This document shows positions 60,412 to 64,000 of a stretch of DNA of 64,000 bases, piece after piece. How positions within the stretch are numbered: the stretch's first letter is position 1; each line of letters begins with the position of its first letter. Source of the stretch: Octopus vulgaris (Eukaryota); the NCBI GenBank assembly GCA_951406725.2, contig OX597817.1:158162001-158226000 (forward strand), read 5' to 3'. The translations under genes were made by a program, and so were the position numbers. Under the pieces are notes generated by a model. The model was given only the letters and a program-made list of their open reading frames with translations, was not told where the DNA came from and made no database searches.

Positions 60412-60494
60412 TCTGACTAAACATAATATTCCATGCCAATTCTTAAAAGTATATTCACAATATTTACCTCCGGTTTCATTTCTTTTGCAACAAT
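45387..60494 (-). CDS. HMGA-like multi-AT-hook protein; complement(join(45387..45434,46101..46130,47100..47141,49722..49769,50733..50780,54517..54564,56528..56584,57904..57939,60468..60494)); 5' end uncertain
   Basis: Nine AG/GT-flanked phase-0 micro-exons join to IVAKEMKPE/AESNDATDNNTE/VKVKKSPGRPRKPESEKKK/WVPTGRSRGRPRIHPV/DHNKVKKPRGRPRIKP/MVHKEKRPRGRPRKNA/DMVKKSRGRPRIKP/TEDGENKPKK/VTGRGKRRPGRPRKE*, with six GRPR AT-hook cores. Confidence 0.85.
46101..46130 (-). CDS. AT-hook gene linker micro-exon TEDGENKPKK
   Basis: Long pyrimidine tract + ttttcag / gtattg, 30 nt. Confidence 0.75.
47100..47141 (-). CDS. AT-hook exon 5 (KSRGRPR), recent duplicate of AT-hook exon 3
   Basis: ttcttag / gtaagc, 42 nt. 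Confidence 0.8.
47244..48519 (+). mobile_element. deleted piggyBac element
   Basis: TTAA|CCCTTTCGTTAC ... GTAACGAAAGGG|TTAA; transposase relics; the empty site is visible in the paralogous segment at ~50879. Confidence 0.9.
49722..49769 (-). CDS. AT-hook exon 4 (RPRGRPRK)
   Basis: ttccag / gtaagt, 48 nt. Confidence 0.88.
50617..51126. repeat. ~510-bp direct duplication; other copy at 46986-47243 plus 48524-48767
   Basis: Near-identical intronic sequence including one AT-hook exon. Confidence 0.92.
50733..50780 (-). CDS. AT-hook exon 3 (KPRGRPR)
   Basis: ttcttag / gtaagt, 48 nt. Confidence 0.88.
52648..52721. repeat. (TA)n(TG)n microsatellite; others at ~10515-10586, ~11196-11220, ~12357-12405, ~30786-30847, ~60378-60407
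   Basis: Direct reading. Confidence 0.9.
54517..54564 (-). CDS. AT-hook exon 2 (RSRGRPR)
   Basis: tttcag / gtaagt, 48 nt. Confidence 0.88.
54738..55131 (-). mobile_element. non-autonomous Helitron
   Basis: Minus strand starts A|TCTTTATATATAAAACTGTAG and ends CCCAGCAACGCCGGGCAATACTACTAG|T. Confidence 0.7.
56528..56584 (-). CDS. AT-hook exon 1 (SPGRPRK)
   Basis: tttcag / gtatgt, 57 nt. Confidence 0.88.
56871..57555. mobile_element. non-autonomous hAT element
   Basis: Imperfect TIR CAGTAGCGGGCAC / GTGCTCACCACTG, 8-bp TSD TGCATGCA, many GCTAA/TTAGC subterminal repeats. Confidence 0.85.
57904..57939 (-). CDS. AT-hook gene micro-exon AESNDATDNNTE
   Basis: ttttag / gtattt, 36 nt. Confidence 0.65.
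60468..60494 (-). CDS. AT-hook gene micro-exon IVAKEMKPE (may contain the start ATG)
   Basis: ttgcag / gtaaat, 27 nt. Confidence 0.6.
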
Positions 60495-60583
60495 CTGCAA
60501 AGATAAAAAAATAAAGAGCTCAATTATAAAAAAATATTGAGAAATACTAAATCTACATCCAACCACAAAAATATTTTCCTTAA

Positions 60584-61806
60584 CCCTTTAGTGTTTAACC
60601 CTTTCGTTACCAAACCGCCCAAAGCCGCCCGAAAAAAATTTTGGTTAATGAGACCAAACCGCCCAAAGCCGCCCGAATTTACCTATTCATATTTAAATGA
60701 GAATATCAGAGCAAATCTCTTTAGTACATTCGTGAAAACACGTATTATACTTCGTAAAGAGTTCAACTACAGTTTTGAACAATAATCGAAGTGTAATTTT
60801 TATTCCGTGAATTTTGGGAGATTTTTTTCCGAAATTTGTTCCTATTGTGTTTTCAAAATTTGTAATTCTGACAAAAAATGGATACGAATTTCATTATATC
60901 AAGCAGCGAGTCAGAATTCAAAGGATTTTCTACTGAAGACCTTCATAAATCTAACTCTATGACTGAAAAAAAAAAGCATGTGGTATTTGATAATGAATCT
61001 GATGTTTCATTTTCCGAAAGTGAAAACTGTGAATCCGAGATCGACAGCGATAAAGAAAATGAATTGGCACCTGAATGGAGTGAACATTTAAAAACTGTTT
61101 CTTTCGGTGATTTTTCTGAAGAAACTGGACCAAGTCACAGACTTTCCCAGAAGAGTAAAGCCTTAAACTATTTCTTTTTACTTTTTCGAATGAGCCTATT
61201 TGAAATCATTAAGACTATTTTGCCATAAATATTATTATGGGTATCAGAAAGTTACCCAGAATAACAAATTCTATCGTAAAATTTTGTTGTATACCCAATT
61301 GAATATTAGCTAATAACCCATTTTCTATAGTGATGTTTGAACAAAATTTTAATAATTTTATATTTTGTTGAATTTACCTGTATCTACCTGCAATTAGAGT
61401 CACTTTGTGACAAAAATTGTAGTATAGAATTGGTTGAGAATATTTCATTAAATTATCTTCCAAAAATCAGATTAATATATCGATAAATAAAAAAGTTATA
61501 GTTGTTTAATGAAACCAGACTAAATTTATGATTACGTTAGAAATTAATTGAAACACATAAGGGGTGTAATTTGGTCAGAAATATAGTAACGAAAGGGTTA
61601 AACCGGCCATATCCGGCCCAAATATTCTAAATGTTTTATATTCAAACTGGCGATATCTATCCTCTCACACTTAACCTACAATGTCATGCTAAAAATAAAC
61701 AATCACATCACTGAAACCTCAAAGCTGTAAGATAATGCATGATTAATTCAAAACAATTTGAGTGAAAAAGTATTATATTTAACAGAGTAATCTGAATACT
61801 AAAGGG
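60584..61806 (+). mobile_element. piggyBac MITE (~220 bp when the nested insert is removed)
   Basis: TTAA|CCCTTTAG ... CTAAAGGG|TTAA; the body resembles the 5' end of the element at 63083. Confidence 0.85.
60599..61597 (+). mobile_element. deleted piggyBac element nested in a piggyBac MITE
   Basis: TTAA|CCCTTTCGTTAC ... GTAACGAAAGGG|TTAA; retains the transposase N-terminus (ORF 60878-61228, FSEETGP..LNYFFLLF). Confidence 0.9.
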
Positions 61807-62287
61807 TTAAACTGAAAAGTGAACACATTAGATACGCATCATCTACATAATAGAGACCAGTAGATTTATATATGCCATCCAGACACGTGCCAAAAATCAC
61901 AAAGAGGGTTCAGTATTTAATACCCCCTTTATTTATCCAAACATGGCCGATGCCAGCGCCGCCATGACTGGCTTCCGTGCTGGTGGCACATAAAAAGCAC
62001 CAACCGATCGTGGCCATTGCCAGCCTCCCCTGGCACCTGTGTCGGTGACACGTAAAAAGCATCCACTACACTCATGGAGTGGTTGGCATTAGGAAGAGCA
62101 TCCAGCTGTAGAAAACTGCCAGATCAAGATTGGAGCCTGGCGCAGCCTCCTGGCTTCCCAGACCCCAGTCAAATTGTCCAACCATGCTAGCATGGAAAAC
62201 GGACATTAAGTGATGATGATGATGATTTATTTGTTTTAAATTTACAATATTATAGCATCATATACAGTGTATAAGAAATATATGCTA

Positions 62288-62655
62288 GGCGCAGGAGTGG
62301 CTGTGTGGTAAGTAGCCTGTCTACCAACCACATGGTTCCGGGTTCAGTCCCACTGCGTGGCACCTTGGGCAAGTGTCTTCTACTATAGCGGCCAAAGCTT
62401 TGTAAGTGGATTTGGTAGACGGAAACTGAAAGAAGCCTGTCGTATATATGTATATGTGTCTGTCCCCCCTAGCATTGCTTGACAACCGATGCTGGCGTGT
62501 TTACGTCCCCGTCACTTAGCGGTTCGGCAAAAGAGACCGATAGAATAAGTACTGGACTTACAAAGAATAAGTCCCGGGGTCGATTTGCTCGACTAAAGGC
62601 GGTGCTCCAGCATGGCCGCAGTCAAATGACTGAAACAAGTAAAAGAGTAAAGAGT
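62288..62655 (+). mobile_element. tRNA-derived SINE family A (CORE-like body); other copies ~161-531 +, ~4513-4912 -, ~6652-7066 +, ~12198-12596 +, ~19795-20143 -, ~39676-40078 -, ~52518-52915 +
   Basis: GGCGCAGGAGTGGCTGTGTGGTAAG..GGTTCAGTCCC A/B-box-like head, ACCTTGGGCAAGT core, internal (TA)/(TG) tract, (AAAGAGT)n tail. Confidence 0.85.
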
Positions 62656-63082
62656 ATCATATACAGTGTATAAGAAATATATGCTAAGCATGAAAATCAC
62701 ATCTTGTATATGGCATCCATTTCCTACATCACACAAATGTGCTCTTTCTAAAGTGTTTACCACGACACTTCTCAGCATTTCAAGCTTCAGTGATGATTTC
62801 AGCCCACATATTGGTCTTCAGCTGTTGGACTGTCCGAGGCTTGTTAACATGAGATAGCTCATTACAAAGAAATCAGAAGTCTTCAGATCTGGAGAATGCA
62901 TTTGCTAGCTTATATTGTAAGTGCAGGAAATTATTTTTCTCTCAAAAATTTAACTGAACAGTTAGATTGCTAGGCAAGCTGCCACTCCATCCTATGTCGT
63001 ATTTATTCTGGAACTGTTGGGAGTAAGAAATTTTTTATCACAGACCAATATTCATATCCTGCAACAGTGACAAGATTCTTAA

Positions 63083-64000
63083 CCCTTTAGTGTTCAAACC
63101 GGCCATATCCGGCCAGAATTAATTCCCCTTTATTTGTTCAAACCGGCCAAATCCGGCCGTAAATGACCACTCTACGAAATCGCTAAAAAAATAAACAAAT
63201 CACGTTATTAAATTCTCGTAGCTTTGAGATAATGCGAGATGAAGCCTTTCCCGCCTTTATTCAAGTATAAATACTGTGAAATTGTTTCGACCACATGGTT
63301 ATTTCCACGTGTGAAGAGAACTGTATACGTTTGTTGTGAAAAAAATGGCGTCAGCAAGTAGCGATTCCGATTTTGAAGGCTTTACCATTGATGATGTTGA
63401 AGATATCAACGAAAACAAAAGTCTTTTGACTTGGGATGAGTCTGATATTGATATCAGCGATTATTCGTCGGACGAAGAAAATTTCGATGACGAAAGTGAA
63501 GAAAATGAAAGTGATGAAAACGATAGTGTAAACAAGGCAACATGGTCGAAAATTACGACACCAGTAACAATTTCTGATTTTACAGAAAACACTGGTCCAC
63601 AACATGATTTACCTCCTGATGCTCAACCACTGGATTATCTATTTTTATTTTTGCCTCAAAGTTTTTTTGAAAATGTTGCGGAGCAAACGAACAAATATGC
63701 CCAACATTTAATTTCTGTTCGTGGAAGGAGCGATCCGCTATGGCTGCCAACAAATACTGTGGAAATAAGAGCATTTTTTGCGATCAACATTATGTTTGGA
63801 GTCAGACAGCTTCCTCGACTGTGGAACTATTGGAGTCCCGATGTAAGGTATGGCGATCCATATATTTCAAGCATCATGTCGAAGACGAGGTATTCGAAAA
63901 TATCTCAGTATTTGCATTTGACTGATTCTTCCAATGCCCCCAACAAAAACGACCCAAACTACCATCCCCTGTACAAAGTACGTCCGGTAATTGATTTACT
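63083..64000 (+). mobile_element. piggyBac transposon, 5' end (potentially autonomous)
   Basis: TTAA at 63079-63082, then CCCTTTAG TIR and ACCGGCCAWATCCGGCC subterminal repeats upstream of the transposase ORF. Confidence 0.9.
63345..64000 (+). CDS. piggyBac transposase (PGBD4-like, DDE_Tnp_1_7), open frame truncated by the window end
   Basis: 218 uninterrupted codons MASASSDSDFEGF...FTENTGP...PLDYLFLFLP...EQTNKYAQ...EIRAFFAINIMFG...NYWS...IMSKTRYSKISQYLHLTD...HPLYKVRPVIDL; absent from the ORF track because there is no stop inside the window. Confidence 0.92.
   Translation, partial: MASASSDSDFEGFTIDDVEDINENKSLLTWDESDIDISDYSSDEENFDDESEENESDENDSVNKATWSKITTPVTISDFTENTGPQHDLPPDAQPLDYLFLFLPQSFFENVAEQTNKYAQHLISVRGRSDPLWLPTNTVEIRAFFAINIMFGVRQLPRLWNYWSPDVRYGDPYISSIMSKTRYSKISQYLHLTDSSNAPNKNDPNYHPLYKVRPVIDL

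Noticed and set aside
99-62673. Recurrent ORFs such as ...[11 protein letters not shown]..., ...[16 protein letters not shown]..., MFIERKHL...
   Set aside because: Chance translations of SINE families A, B and D; repeated with frameshifts and no protein homology I recognise.

Overview
AT-rich, repeat-dense animal genomic DNA. The SINE families and microsatellites suggest an octopus/coleoid cephalopod (inference). Almost all entries in the supplied ORF track are SINE or microsatellite noise; the real genes are spliced. Three host genes can be read: (1) the last three coding exons of NAA30/MAK3 (+, 2053-14407); (2) a complete 4-exon, 203-aa MRPL11 (-, 29176-23431); (3) an HMGA-like gene of nine phase-0 micro-exons with six AT-hooks (-, 60494-45387). 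An uninterrupted piggyBac transposase ORF starts at 63345 and runs off the window. The most striking features are: a 2.9-kb foldback (Mutator-like, 9-bp TSD) element with ~1.3-kb near-identical arms that each contain the same SINE, ~250 bp upstream of the MRPL11 ATG and carrying NRF1-type palindromes; an intact minimal hammerhead ribozyme of the Penelope type in an NAA30 intron (-, 10759-10802); exon duplications in both the AT-hook gene and MRPL11; and a retroposon family whose 5' end is a variable array of putative pseudoknot/hairpin modules. Mariner, maT-like, CR1, Helitron, hAT and piggyBac fossils fill the rest. Everything was read by eye: exon and TSD coordinates were counted to the base, SINE boundaries are approximate.
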